A DNA stretch of 61,668 nt, the filler included, from Sphacelaria rigidula (lineage: Eukaryota), in the NCBI GenBank assembly GCA_964200075.2. It is 8 parts of 8 records of this genome, joined end to end, with 100 filler letters (N's around TTAATTAATTAA, not from the genome) between each part and the next. Parts side by side here need not be neighbours in the genome. Positions count along the whole stretch, not along the records: positions 30,887 to 38,507 come from CAXNAA020014059.1; positions 38,608 to 46,228 come from CAXNAA020014060.1; positions 46,329 to 53,948 come from CAXNAA020014061.1; 5 more parts are not named here. One strand, given 5' to 3'. Under the pieces are notes generated by a model. The model searched no databases. It saw nothing but the letters and a program-made list of their open reading frames with translations, and was not told where the DNA came from. Position 1 is the stretch's first letter, and every line of letters starts with the position of its first letter. The position numbers and the translations under genes are program-made. Below, piece by piece: positions 37,561 to 50,022 of this stretch.

Positions 37561-38507
37561 CTGATAAAGTGCAAACGTGGGGAATTTGGCTCTCACGTTT
37601 AGCGGGACTTGACAGATGACGGCAGTACACACAAGAGTGCTATTGGTCATGATCCTTAGATCCACGACTCGAACAAATGCATCTCCTCAACCGGCCAGAT
37701 CTGCACAGGATGACGAGTGACTGGCCTCACGGTAAAGGGGGAGGAGGGGGTACTTGAGTCAATCGTTTCCCGAAGAAGCCGCCTTGAAACATCCTCGCAA
37801 GCAGAAATATCCATACGACTGCTCTTGCGTTATTAATACCAAGTGCCTTTCCGCACCACTTCGCAACGTCTCCATCCGAACAGAAGTCTATTTCTAGCGT
37901 GTGAGGTCGTGTAGCGCACTGGGGGCCTCATCTTCTTGTGCAGCGTACCCCCCGCCCCCATCGTGGGATCAATCGAGTACATGGCGATTCGATGCCAAAA
38001 ACTGTTGTTTGCTGCTTGAGCCGACCGTCCCTTTTGACCAAGTGTATCCACCTCATCCCCCCGCTATCATGTTTGAAATACGTGAAACTCTGCATAGATA
38101 TATGCCGCGATAGCCCTCACCCGAGAAAAATGGCTGGCTTGAGGAGGCAAAATCTCCATTTAAACCAAAATGACGAAAGCCGAGCACACCGAGCACCTGG
38201 GAAATCCAGTGCTTGGGGTCGCTTTTCGTCAATGTCGCCTACGTGAGGGGTTTGACGAAGTCTGACTCGAGCTATCATGCGCTGCACGGCCGTTTTTTAT
38301 TTGTGACAGTTTTGGAGCTGGTTTGCGGGGGGGCTATCGCGGCGTTACTCATTGCCCCTTCACAAGCACGGAAATAGTGTATTCGTCGCAAGAAGATGAG
38401 TATGTTGTACGGGAAGGATAGCGGTCATCATCCAACAACAAATTGTGCAAATTGAGGTTTAACTCCGAGATGAGCTTCAAGCCTAAAACAGTGCTTTCCC
38501 CACACAT

Positions 38508-38607
38508 NNNNNNNNNNNNNNNNNNNNNNNNNNNNNNNNNNNNNNNNNNNNTTAATTAATTAANNNNNNNNNNNNNNNNNNNNNNNNNNNNNNNNNNNNN
38601 NNNNNNN
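38508..38607. other. Artificial contig spacer
   Basis: N44-TTAATTAATTAA-N44. Confidence 0.98.
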
Positions 38608-38988
38608 TATCGATCAGCTGCGGGTTTATGTTTCCCTCCTCAGTCTAGAAGTCGGTTTCGACGCAACATGGATAGCCCATTGCTCACAAGATTTTGTCAC
38701 GGAAACGACTCGGATACTCCCCTTTGAACCCTTCCCTCTGGCGAGAAGAATGATGCTTGTCTCTCATCCAATTCGAGAGCGCGAGCAGGTGTTTCACGCA
38801 CGGTGCTACCATCGGTTGCGATTGACAAGCGTTGACGCTGTCTACTCTCATCAACGTGTGCCCCCGGAACAAAACCACGCACAACGCGACAGGACCATAA
38901 CCCCCCCCCAAAACAAAACCCTATCCCAATCCAACCCCATCAAAACAGACCCTCGTATTCAAAACCCAAGCCGCAAACATGATATCCG

Positions 38989-41900
38989 TCAATCTCCCGC
39001 GTCGTCATCGGCGGCGTTGCCGTCGTCATCGGCAGTGTCTTCACCTTCATCTGCATCGTCTTCCTCATCATCGTCGCAGGGACTAGCGGCTGGGGTGAAT
39101 CCAAGCCACCTTTTCTTAAATCCAGGGCCCCTTACAATAAGATCCCCGGCACCAATGACTACAGGCTTCTTCGCCGCTAATCTACTGCTCCGCGCACGAG
39201 GTGTTGGTACACAAGCAATGAGAGCGTGCTCATCTCCGCCTTCACTGCCTACAGCGGCGGCAAGTTGTACATGGGGAACCTGCGACAAATGTCTATGGCC
39301 TCACCATATACCGTTGCTTCCCATGTGAGGTAGAAAAATGGGCATGTCTCCGCCGCTTCTAGGTATGACGCCGCCTTTGCTTAACACGTCTCCGTGCCAG
39401 GCTCAAACATTTTCCTCAGTTGTTTGTTGGTAGCTACCAAAATAAGGTGGATAGACTGCTCCTCTACAACATGGTCGATAGAATGAAGGGCGTCCTCCGG
39501 AGTGTCGTTTATTTTTTACTTCCCCCAGACGGGAATATCCGGATAGGCGACGTCTTGGCCTTGTTTCGCGATCACGTGCAGCCTGTTGACCTAATCTAGA
39601 CTCGAAAATTGTGACCAAATTGGATTGCACGTGCGGCGGAGGTGAATGCGCGAGACGCGGTTCCTTGTCACGTCGCGAAGAGAGGAAGCAATAATGTGTA
39701 ATACACTTCAAGCATTCACTGTAGACGTGTGCAAACGGTGGTACGAGATCCCGCAACAAACCCCACCCCTCAGATTCTCAGCGATGCACACTCTGCATGA
39801 TCCCAAACGAAGGATTCGAAGCGCGATACGCATTCCGTCTGGCATGCCGTGCCCGTTTCCTTCGAAATCTCCGCGTCGCGACTAGAAGGGTGGGAGGTGA
39901 CAAGACGACCCCCGATTGATGGCCTTCTCACACACCCGTCCCATAATTTAGGGCACTGAAGGGCAATAGTACCTTGTCTGGGTATAATGGTCGTTGTGAC
40001 GGCTTTACAGATGGGTTCGATACAAAGTTAGAGGGCAGACTCAGCCGGCGTGAAGATTGAATGACAAGTTCTTTACTTGAGATGGACCGAAATATACCCA
40101 AGCACCGCACTCATTCTACTATTTCGAAGCACTCGTAAAAGGTTTTGGCCGTTGTCGAGCCGAACAGCCCTGGTATTATCAGCAAGGTTTGTCAGTGAAG
40201 AAGGCCGTGGGGTCCAACACACGGTAATACGTAAAACTAGTGATTGATTCGCGATTGTGATTATCGTTCGTTGTTTTCTTTAATGTTGATTCTCTCTGGA
40301 GTTTAGAAAGGGGTGCGTGCGGCCATTTTCGGGCCTGATTAATTGTTTTCATTCGTACGAACCGAGCACCGAATGAAGACAAAATATGCTTTCAACCGAA
40401 AATTGACCAAAAATATAAGACAAAGATCGGACCAAAATCCGGGCAAGGTGATGGGCCCGTACACTTTAGGGTATCCTCTTGTATGGTACAGGGAAACTAT
40501 ATTTGACTCGCAAATGCGCCAAGAAATATGCAAAAAGACTAAAACTGGTGCGTAGGTGCCCGCTAGCCTGATCACCACCTTGTCCGCACTGTGCGACCCT
40601 CAAACGGCCAAGAAGCAGGTAAATATGACTAGATATGAACACCGTTCGTCTCGCCCGAAGCACTCTCACCTCCACTGTGTATCCGAACGGCTGCACGGCG
40701 GTCTTCATGACCTCTCCAGCAGTCTTCAGCAGAAGTACCGGCGTCAGGAGTCAGCAAGGCCGGCGGGGTCGTGTCGGCCGGCAGCTTCGACGGGAGAAAC
40801 CCTGGGCCCACATACACTGCGCCGCCGATATCGTGCTGTCGAGAAATAGAGGGTGAAAACGAGCCCGGCGGCAGTTGTAAATATTGGTGAGAGTTCATGA
40901 CACCTCTCAAAAACGAAAACATTTTACACCTGCACAAAGACCCGACGCTACGGCAATCAGGGAACACGACCTTTACTTTCGCATGTATACCGCCTAGCCG
41001 TGGTGGCGCTCTCTGTACCTTGACGAGCCCAGAGGAGAATACTTCCTGGAACGTCTTCACCATGCGATTATCCGCCACGACGGAGCTGGCATCTGAGAGA
41101 AGGAGCTCGATAGGGCGCCCGCCTTGGAGGGCGATCTCCGGCAGCTGCGTACTCTCGACCCCAACACAAAGAACAGCGTCGCCCTTGTTGGTGAACCTTC
41201 ATGCTTATGAAGAGGCAACGACTCCCTCTTTGTGTCATCTGCGAAGGGCGGTGAAGACAAGATCTCTGGTATGTCAAGTATCAACTGCGATACAAAAGAA
41301 GGGACGGCCGGCAGTAAGTCTGTGCAGCTGTACACAGGCGGTGGTGTTTTACACTCCTCAACCAGTACTACCGAAATAGATACAGTTGACTTCCGTGCCT
41401 GAGCATCGAGGCCGGTTCGATCAGCTCGCGACAGCGAATATATGTCTCGACTTTCCTAGAACAAAGTCAACTATCGACGGGGAGTAACGCACCAGCTTGA
41501 AGGGCGGTGGAAGTCTTCACTTGTAGACCGCCTCGAATTTCTTCATGGCATCGCTTTCCTGTTCTTCAGCCGGCAGGCTTTCTCCTGTATCTGATATCGT
41601 CTTGTCCACGGACGATATGGTCCCCCACGAACAGCTGGAGATCTTCCAACCCGTTCGTGCCGTCTATCATTTTGTGCACGCCGCTGTTCACAGAAATCGG
41701 AATCGAAAACATCAAACGTCGCACCACACGTCGCACCACATTCTGTGACAGGTCGACTAGTGTGCAGTGATATTTACGCACACGGCGGCGCGTTCTTACG
41801 TGGTCTCGATATAGACGGAGCACCTCAGCTCGGGCGGCGGCCGGGCTACGGATTAACGGCACTCACTCCTCAAACCTGTCCGTCCAAGCAAGACGAGGCA

Positions 41901-44900
41901 CCACGCTCTCGATCCTCTCCACCGGTTGTGCTCGATGCGGGCGTTTTTGGTGATCCGATCGCAATCTTTCGGTGTGGGTGTCATCTTGTTCGCCCTCGAA
42001 TGTCTGTCGTGGTACGGTCGAACATCGAGGATGACTGTTGTTTGGGTACCGTCCTTGAGATCTTTCGTAAGCATCGCAATACATTCGAAATAAAGAGACA
42101 TCTGCACTCTCCGCCTGTGAAATGTGGCCTCGCTCGTCGTCGAAAACAGCCATCTGCAATTCGTGACCCCCGGTGTTTACATGGAACGATATCGTCCTCC
42201 AGTGTTTCTGGTACAAACCACTACGATGAGTGAGGTCGTACATCACAGCCGGAGAATGCTTTTGTATTTAATTTCAAAACCTTTCCGATGTTCATGAAGG
42301 TTCCCGAGGCTCGTCCTCTACCAAAACTACTATCTTCAATTTTGAAAATAGACTGCTTCGAGCGGAGGGGGGGGGGGCATGTGTAGTTATACCCTGGATA
42401 ATTGGTCCTGACGGTCCATCAAGCAGGACATATACCACATGACACACTCTCGTCATCCTTCGGTGCGGCGAATTTATGAAAGATAACTCGAGATTATCAC
42501 AACAAGCGACTGGATGTACCGGCGTTGCATACCTTACGAGCATATTGACGGCGATCGATTGCGCTGCGGGTTCGGCGTGTAGATCGCCGTAAGCCTTGCT
42601 CTTCAGGTAGGTCAGCAAAATACATTTCGATACCGGGGTCCGACGTCTGGAACGCCCAGGCAATTGCTTTCATTGCTTCCGGTGTAGTGGCCAAGCAGGC
42701 CTCTCACCAGTGCCGCATCGTCACTAGCGACAGAGAATTCAAACCCAGCTGGTTTCGGTGACGGGGGGACACCAACGGGCCGTGGAGAAAAACATATAGC
42801 AGATGCGGTGAAATCGAGTCGGCCATTTCAGCGTCCGTGGAAGTTCAAAATAATCCGAAGTACCGTACACAACTTCTCCCGACTGAACAGAATATCGGTA
42901 CCGGCTCCCACATCGAATCGCCGCCCCCCCGCTCTAGAGCGGCAACTTCACTGCGACCGTCGTGCGTGCTGCATTACATACGTGGTCGAGGTCTGTCGTG
43001 TTCGCTGCACACTGGGTTGTTTCTCGGCGTATGAGCGGGTGGGAGATGCAGTACACGCGTCGTGAACGCTCCGGCAACTAGTTTACAACAATACAAGCGG
43101 ACTTGACTCGGTGCCGAGATGTAACATAAATGACCCGCAGTGCCATGTGATACAACACGAATTTCAATTTCACCCAATGCCCACTACCGTCCCCGTGTAA
43201 TGCAGACCCGGATTTGTAGTACCCCGTCTTTCACATTCCATTACTCACGTTCGTGAACTCCTTTGCTGTTTGCTCCCCCGTAACGGCATCACTCCCCGTC
43301 CTCTCCTGGACCGACGTCATGATCCCAACGTACATGTAAAGCTTGTCGTACGTGTTGCGGGGTGACAGAGTCTCGCCGACATCGTTTGAAGCTGTTCGAA
43401 GGCAGGCAGACAGCAGCAACGCCTGCTTCTTCACTATTGTGGTATGCAGGCTGCAGGCGGCGGTGCAGTGGGTTGTGTAAGGGAGGGGTGGGGGGGGGGG
43501 GTAGGGCGAGGGACAGCGGGAACATCCTAATATTGCGGTTAGCTGAAGGTCACGATCGGTACATGTTACCCACAAAGTCACCTGTACTCGTAATTCGACC
43601 ACGAATCTGGGTCATATCACTCTCGCATGAGTACTGATAAGCCATGGTTTTCGATAACACCTAACTTTGTAGCTAGTACGACGGTATCCTTCTTTCGAGC
43701 TCCACTTTCGGTACAATGGTGACCAATTTGCCGCGTGTCAGGTGCTATACCGCTGAAACAATCCCACCAGTCAGGCAGGTGAAAATACCTTAATATTCCG
43801 GTATTTGTCGACATGTGTCCCATTCTCTGATCACGCTTCGGGTGCACATGGCGACTTGCACTAAGGATCACAGGATATATGTCGCGACATTCTCACGGTC
43901 AGGGCATGTTGATTTGTGGTCTCCTAAAGATTGATCCAAACGCGGAACAGAGCCAACTTCATCATTGCTGTCCACACATGACCAGCCCGCCCATGCTGTC
44001 ATAAACGTATTGGCATCGCCTACTCTCAAACACCCACTTACCAGAGGAATTAGTGTGGGGAGTGCGTTTATGCCCATTACAGAGCGACCTCGGTTGAGCC
44101 CACGGAGCAGAGCATCGAATCATGTGGACATACGGGCGGCTTGACTCCAAAATGAACGAGAGCGCGTGCCGTACCAGAAACCCGGTAAAAACATGGGGTC
44201 GATGTATGTTTCTGACGGCTTGGTGTGTAATCGTTTCTTCACAAGAGCGCTTGCTGTGTCGAAGAACCTCGTTGAGAACGCCAAGAGGAACCCGGTGCTC
44301 CATCGGTGTCGAGAACCACGTGAGTACAGTATCTTATATCTCGTCGCCAAGTTGGGGCAGATGCGTGACGACCGCTGTCGTGTAGCAAAGCGAACATATT
44401 ATCATGTAGATTTCACAATATACGGCGGTTCTGTACTAGGCGAGCGCGACGTCAAAAGGGGAGGTTATACGAACAGCCGGAGAGCTCAAGAAGTCAACCA
44501 TTTGTTTTTGGAAGTAAAGACTCCGCTTGCAGTCGTTCGGGTGTACCTGGCACTTCTCGCGTTGCTAGAATAGCTTCACACTGTCTGTAGCGTAGTTGGG
44601 AAACACGAAGCAGAGACATCAACGGCGTGCATGCAACTACGGAAACTGAAAGGTGCTCGTCGAAGACGTACTGTTCCATACTACTCTGTCTTTGCGTGCA
44701 CTTGACTGCGGGCTCAAAACCGGTCAGGGACGTTCCTGTATTGTTGTCTATATATGGGTCCTACATCCACGTGTCGCAAAAAGTATATCCACCTATATAG
44801 GTAGATCCTTGTTTCCACCGTATCATTTTTTGAACTCGGGAGCCCACATGTTTTTAATCAGCTGCCCGTTACGCATGTGTGCAAACAAAGTGAAGCCTCA

Positions 44901-45645
44901 CGTGTAGTACCGTGGTGCAGGCCGTAGTCAGTAGCTATATCCTTTGCATCTGCATCCACTGCCATGGATGTGCAGCTGCATATGAAGACGATTAGTACTC
45001 TTGTGTTGTATTGGCAAAGCACAGCTACCTACTGTGCTCGCGAGTACAACCCGTGCTGTAACCTGGCAGAATACAGCCTGTACTGGGACATGCAGTGGGT
45101 CAAGATAACAAATATAGACTACAGCTGTGCCGTGTTTGCGAAGTATAGCCTATAGTTGTAATGTCGTACTGCTCGCAAAATCCACGGCCTGTTTCGTGAA
45201 TACTCTTGCCTGCTGCAACACCCTGGCACTGATCGTACAACGTTTATACCGTCAAGTCTACATCGTACAGAATGTATCATGCCCATCATCTCGAGAAAAA
45301 AATGCCATCATCCACGGCACCACCGGAGGATGACAGATCGAAGTGGGAGGTTTCCGTCGTGCTCAACGTTGACTCGTGCTGGCTGGACTTCGATACTCCG
45401 TCGGTCCTCTTTATGGTTGTTTCTGCTGTATACACTCATTTAATTCGTCTTCTCTGTTATGTACTTACCGTTTCCTTTGAATTGTGCAATCATTTGTAAT
45501 GGACGTTCAGAGTGGGAGGGGGGTTGAGGGTTGCCATTCCGGCCCAGATGTTAATCATCGCCGGATTGAAGTTAGGACCGATAGATTGATGAAGGTAAGA
45601 CATATCAGGTGCATTCTTTGCCCACGGTGGCGTGCTCACACGCAT
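38989..45645 (-). pseudogene. Long decayed, spliced multi-domain ORF (probable transposon gene) with a C5-methyltransferase-like C-terminal region
   Basis: Protein-like minus-strand fragments run over ~6.6 kb with stops and frameshifts, apparent short introns (~45428-45468 with gtaagt; ~43437-43580), and an acidic C-terminus (DDDEEDDADEG...). See findings for motif detail. Confidence 0.4.
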
Positions 45646-46228
45646 TGTTTTAGTTGGTTTTTGGACGGGAGGCCCTGATCCCAACAAATTTCATTGAAGA
45701 AATGTCTGACATGGCATTATCCAACCCAGTCTACATGCGGTTTTGTCGTGCCACATGGACACATGGAACACCTCTAAGGGAATCTGCGCAGTGGCCGCAG
45801 GAGGCGCATGGGCAAAATGCGCAATTTATGCACATGATATGCCCACTAGGCCTTTCACAACCCAAAATAAGCGTCTTGAAAAACACAGAGTTTAGGCGCA
45901 AAAATCGGAACTACACCTTGGGCGCACATGAGAGGCGAAAGCCAAACTATTATTGCTGAATTGGGCTTCTCACCGTGATGCGCTCGGAAGACCCTATTCG
46001 TGAGACTCGGAGGGTAGTTTCAGATTCCGAGTGGATGATCTAGCGTTCCGAACAGGGAACGTTTTTTCCTCTTTTTTGCTTGAGCACACGTGCTGTGCAT
46101 GCAGCTACCGTACAGTATCCCATTTGAGTATTTCGGTGGTCTGGTTGATGAGATACTGCACAAAGCATTTTTACGCCTGGGGGGGGGCATTTCGGAACTA
46201 AAACTGTTTCAGGCACCAATCGGTTTTT

Positions 46229-46328
46229 NNNNNNNNNNNNNNNNNNNNNNNNNNNNNNNNNNNNNNNNNNNNTTAATTAATTAANNNNNNNNNNNNNNNN
46301 NNNNNNNNNNNNNNNNNNNNNNNNNNNN
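46229..46328. other. Artificial contig spacer
   Basis: N44-TTAATTAATTAA-N44. Confidence 0.98.
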
Positions 46329-46420
46329 CCCCTTCCCGGTTAGCTGCCGATTCTAGGTGACTTGGGTCTGGCCATGACAGACCCCTAGTCCCCCCCCCCC
46401 CCCCCCCCGCCTACGCGCAG

Positions 46421-47136
46421 GTACAACTTTTCGGTGTGGATGGCGATTTTGCTCAACTCGCTGGGGGGCCTAGTGGTGGCCATGGTGGTGAAGTACGCGG
46501 ACAACGTGATCAAAGGATTCGCCACCTCTATGTCGATTGTCTTGACAGCATTGGTGAGGCTACCATCCCCACCCCCAACGACTACAATGCCGTGTATTCT
46601 GCTTCTGAACGTTTCTGTACACCATGCCTCCAGATAGAAGGAGACCAATTGGAGGTCAATGCGTCGGAGCACGTAGCACATGTACTTCGAGTATGCAACT
46701 AGTTTCAGGTCCATTGCCGTTGTGTTCCAACGAGAGGTGGGTCTTTGGCGGAGAATGATCGGTATCGCCAGCTGATCCTCGAAGCATAGTTACATGTGCT
46801 GCGCGAACCGCCATACTCTCTTCTCGCCGCAGCCTGCAGAAATCGTCGATGCCCCTGATCATCTCCCGTGTTACCGTTGCTATTGGCGTGCAGGTGTCGT
46901 TTGTGTTGTTTGATTTTTCCATCACGGCATTGTTCGTGTGCGGAGCATACTTGGTCCTTCAAGCGACCTTCCTATTCTCCTCGCCTCGCAAGACTTCCAC
47001 AGAGAGCAAGGACGAGGCAGTTCCGGGCTCAGCCGGGAAAAAGGACGATGAGGTGGAGCTGTCGGCGAGGCAACCCCTCATGAAGTCTGAGCTGGCGTTA
47101 CAACCCTCCGAAAGCGATCGCATATCGCTGGCCTAG
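46421..47136 (+). CDS. Nucleotide-sugar transporter (SLC35A / UDP-Gal or CMP-sialic acid type), last two exons 46421-46553 and 46894-47136
   Basis: [65 protein letters not shown] carries the family signature GGL.VA.VVKYADN..KGFA. GT-AG intron, stop TAG at 47134-47136. Confidence 0.92.
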
Positions 47137-50022
47137 TTGTTAGTAGCACGATATTCCACTTCCCCTACATATTATTCCGTTAATAATACCTGGTACGTAA
47201 TTTCCGACAGAGCCCCCTCTGTTCACGGCAGAGCTAGAACTATGATCAGCCGGTGTCCGGTGGACTTTTGTAGTTAGGAGTAGTAGAGGCAGAATTAAGA
47301 CGGCTTGCAAGAGCTCGGCAGATGAGAATCCACCTGCAAGCTTATCCCATTATCTTACATGACCGAAGAATACATGGAGCAGTATTGCGTGTAGCGGGTG
47401 AACTGCGCCCTACAAGGACATTCAATAGGCAGCTGTGACGTTATCTGGAGTGTAACAATGAGCAACTGTGAATGTATCTGGAGTGATCCTTGGCCGGGCG
47501 TCATGCTCCTGGTGGGCACCCAAGGAGACGGTAAAGGCGTATACAAATGAAGCCCAGTTCCATCAACATCCCTCATCGGCTCAATCCGTTTCATTATGCT
47601 CCTCGCTGAAAGAACCGCAAGTGTGTGGAACAAACGATCCCGCACACAGCGCGTCAGGGCTAGCAGGGTAATGTAAAGCTTTACAGCAGCGACCCCGGTA
47701 CCCGGCGTTTTTGTTGCTGGTGTGAGTTGATGTGTACGAACAAGCAGAGGCAAAATGTGCACACACATCACAGTGCAGCTAGTACTTGATTCAGTCTTCA
47801 GCACGCGTCCGGAGCCAGTTGCCTTCAGGCAACTAGTTATGCGGAGCTCGTCCAATACTGCTTCATTCTTCCATCCATTGACAGGTGAACAGATGGAGTG
47901 TTACAATCTTGCGCCAAAAAACAAACTAAAATATATGTGGGTGTCTGTACTATATCTGCAAATGTCCAAACTTGGTTCGCATACAAGAATCATTTTACTG
48001 CGGATCTCTCCACCGCAGCTGAAGTAGCCGCCGCGAAACTGTGCACTGGCCGCATACAACACAAACATGTGCATTAGCCGGCGGTACGTTTCGGCCGTGC
48101 TACAAAATAAACAAGGCTAATAACGATTTGGGGGCAATACCGTCGATACTTCCTCAACACGGGTGTCGCGCAGCCCAGACTGCGTGCACCGCCAGAGAAT
48201 GCATATCCAAACACGCCTATTCACTAACTTCAACAATATCAGCAGCTGCACTTGCAAGCAAACATCTATCCGTACTGGGACAGCTCGCGTGTTTTTTTTC
48301 TTATTTTGGCGCAAGACTGATCACACAACACGTCAATCCGCCACTGTACGGTTGTTCGGTGCCGTACGTGAGGGCACACCGTTAGCTCCCGTCTACGCTG
48401 TGCGTTGTGTCCCACGAAAACGAGTCTAGGCAGCAGAAAAAGCTTTATGCGAGTTTTCTGAAGGGTTGCCGTGATTGGATGCAAAGCAAGCACCGACACC
48501 AATCCTACTCTAACTGCATGTCCGCGTATTATGCGTGCTGCATTTAGCACGGGGGACTTGTCCAAACCTGTGTTTCAGCATGTTCATCGTTTGGGCACGG
48601 CAGCATTCGTGATGCGCCAGTCAGAGTACGACAATCGAATCAGTGTGGTGCGGGTTGGACAGACAAACAAACCGATGGAAGCAGCAGCCGCAAGCTTGCC
48701 CTCGTACACAGACAGCACGAGGCCGTTGGCGTACACGAGCGGACAGCGGTAAGCTTGAAACATGGGGAGTGCCTTGGGGGTGCCAAGCACTTTTCATCTA
48801 ATTTACGTACACATGAACCTTTCCCCCCCCCCGGCCCTCTCCGCCCGGAATATACCTGCGACCATCATCAGACGACCGCAAGTGTGCAAACAGAAGTACT
48901 ACACAGATTAGCGGCGGTGGCCCTGCACACACGGCCCATCAACAGACTATACAGAACCGTAGTGTTCCGATCATAAGTAAAAGGCAGTTCTTGGTAGATA
49001 GTCAGCCAATAAAGAAGTTGTCATCAAGGATATGTCTGATCGGTCAAGGGGGTCGCCATAACACGTTATTTACCCTCAATTCCGGATTCTCGTCCCGAAA
49101 TCCTGACATCTTTGGCGTCTACAGTGAACACAGGGAACCGTTCAACGAGGTGGAACGAAACGTGCTTTTCTGTGACAAGCAAAATGCACTTATAGCGGAC
49201 ACTATTAATACAGTAAAGCGTTTTTTGCCGGGTGAGCAAAACTTGAAACCATCCACAGCCGGAGAGTATTAGACCTTATTGGGGTACGGTATGCAGTGGA
49301 CGATGCATATATGCATGTGCGTCTTGCGGTGTATAGGGGCTCGTTTTCCATGGGGTGCGCCTAAACACGCATCTTCACCTACATGAGAACATTCCATGGC
49401 TCGTGTGAGAACCGCTACATCACAGGAATATTTGGCAGCATGTAACGTCTTCGGGGTATGGTCCGCCAACAACGCACTGCAGTTCAACTACCAGCTACCT
49501 CATTGGTGATAGAACACAAGGATTTTTGTCTCAGATCAACAAGAAGCATGACGCAAATTTGGCACATTTCAACTCGGAGAGTCAGACAAACTATTCCCGA
49601 CGAAGACTAGTCACTTACTGCGAATACAAGGCGTTTGTAGATAAATTTCCAAGTAAAATGCTACCCACAGCCTTCTTCACGCCGTCCACAGGATACCCGC
49701 GTGCTCCAACCTCCACCCGTCTGCAAGCGCGTACAGAGCGGTAACTAGACTAGCTCGGCGCGCGCCGACCCTGACTCTCAAGGTTCTCCCTGTTTCGGAG
49801 TGGTGTAACGTCTATTCTTGCAGAAAAACTACAATGAAATCCTTCCAGGGGTAAATGCCACCACCACTTCCAGTCATCCAGAGTTGGTTGTAGCGTCAGT
49901 GATGCGTGTTCGACGCCAGTAGACTAGCTTCTGCAAACGGTTCGCGTATTCATCACGGTATAGACACTGGCAACTTTGCCAATCCGACGCGACTGGACAT
50001 GTATGTATCGAAGTCACTTGTG

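Noticed and set aside
41370..41660. BAH-domain-like reading (LFVGDHIV...YIRCRELIEP...LYLF) upstream of the DNMT-like region
   Set aside because: That frame has two stops and an alternative frame looks equally protein-like; too weak to claim.
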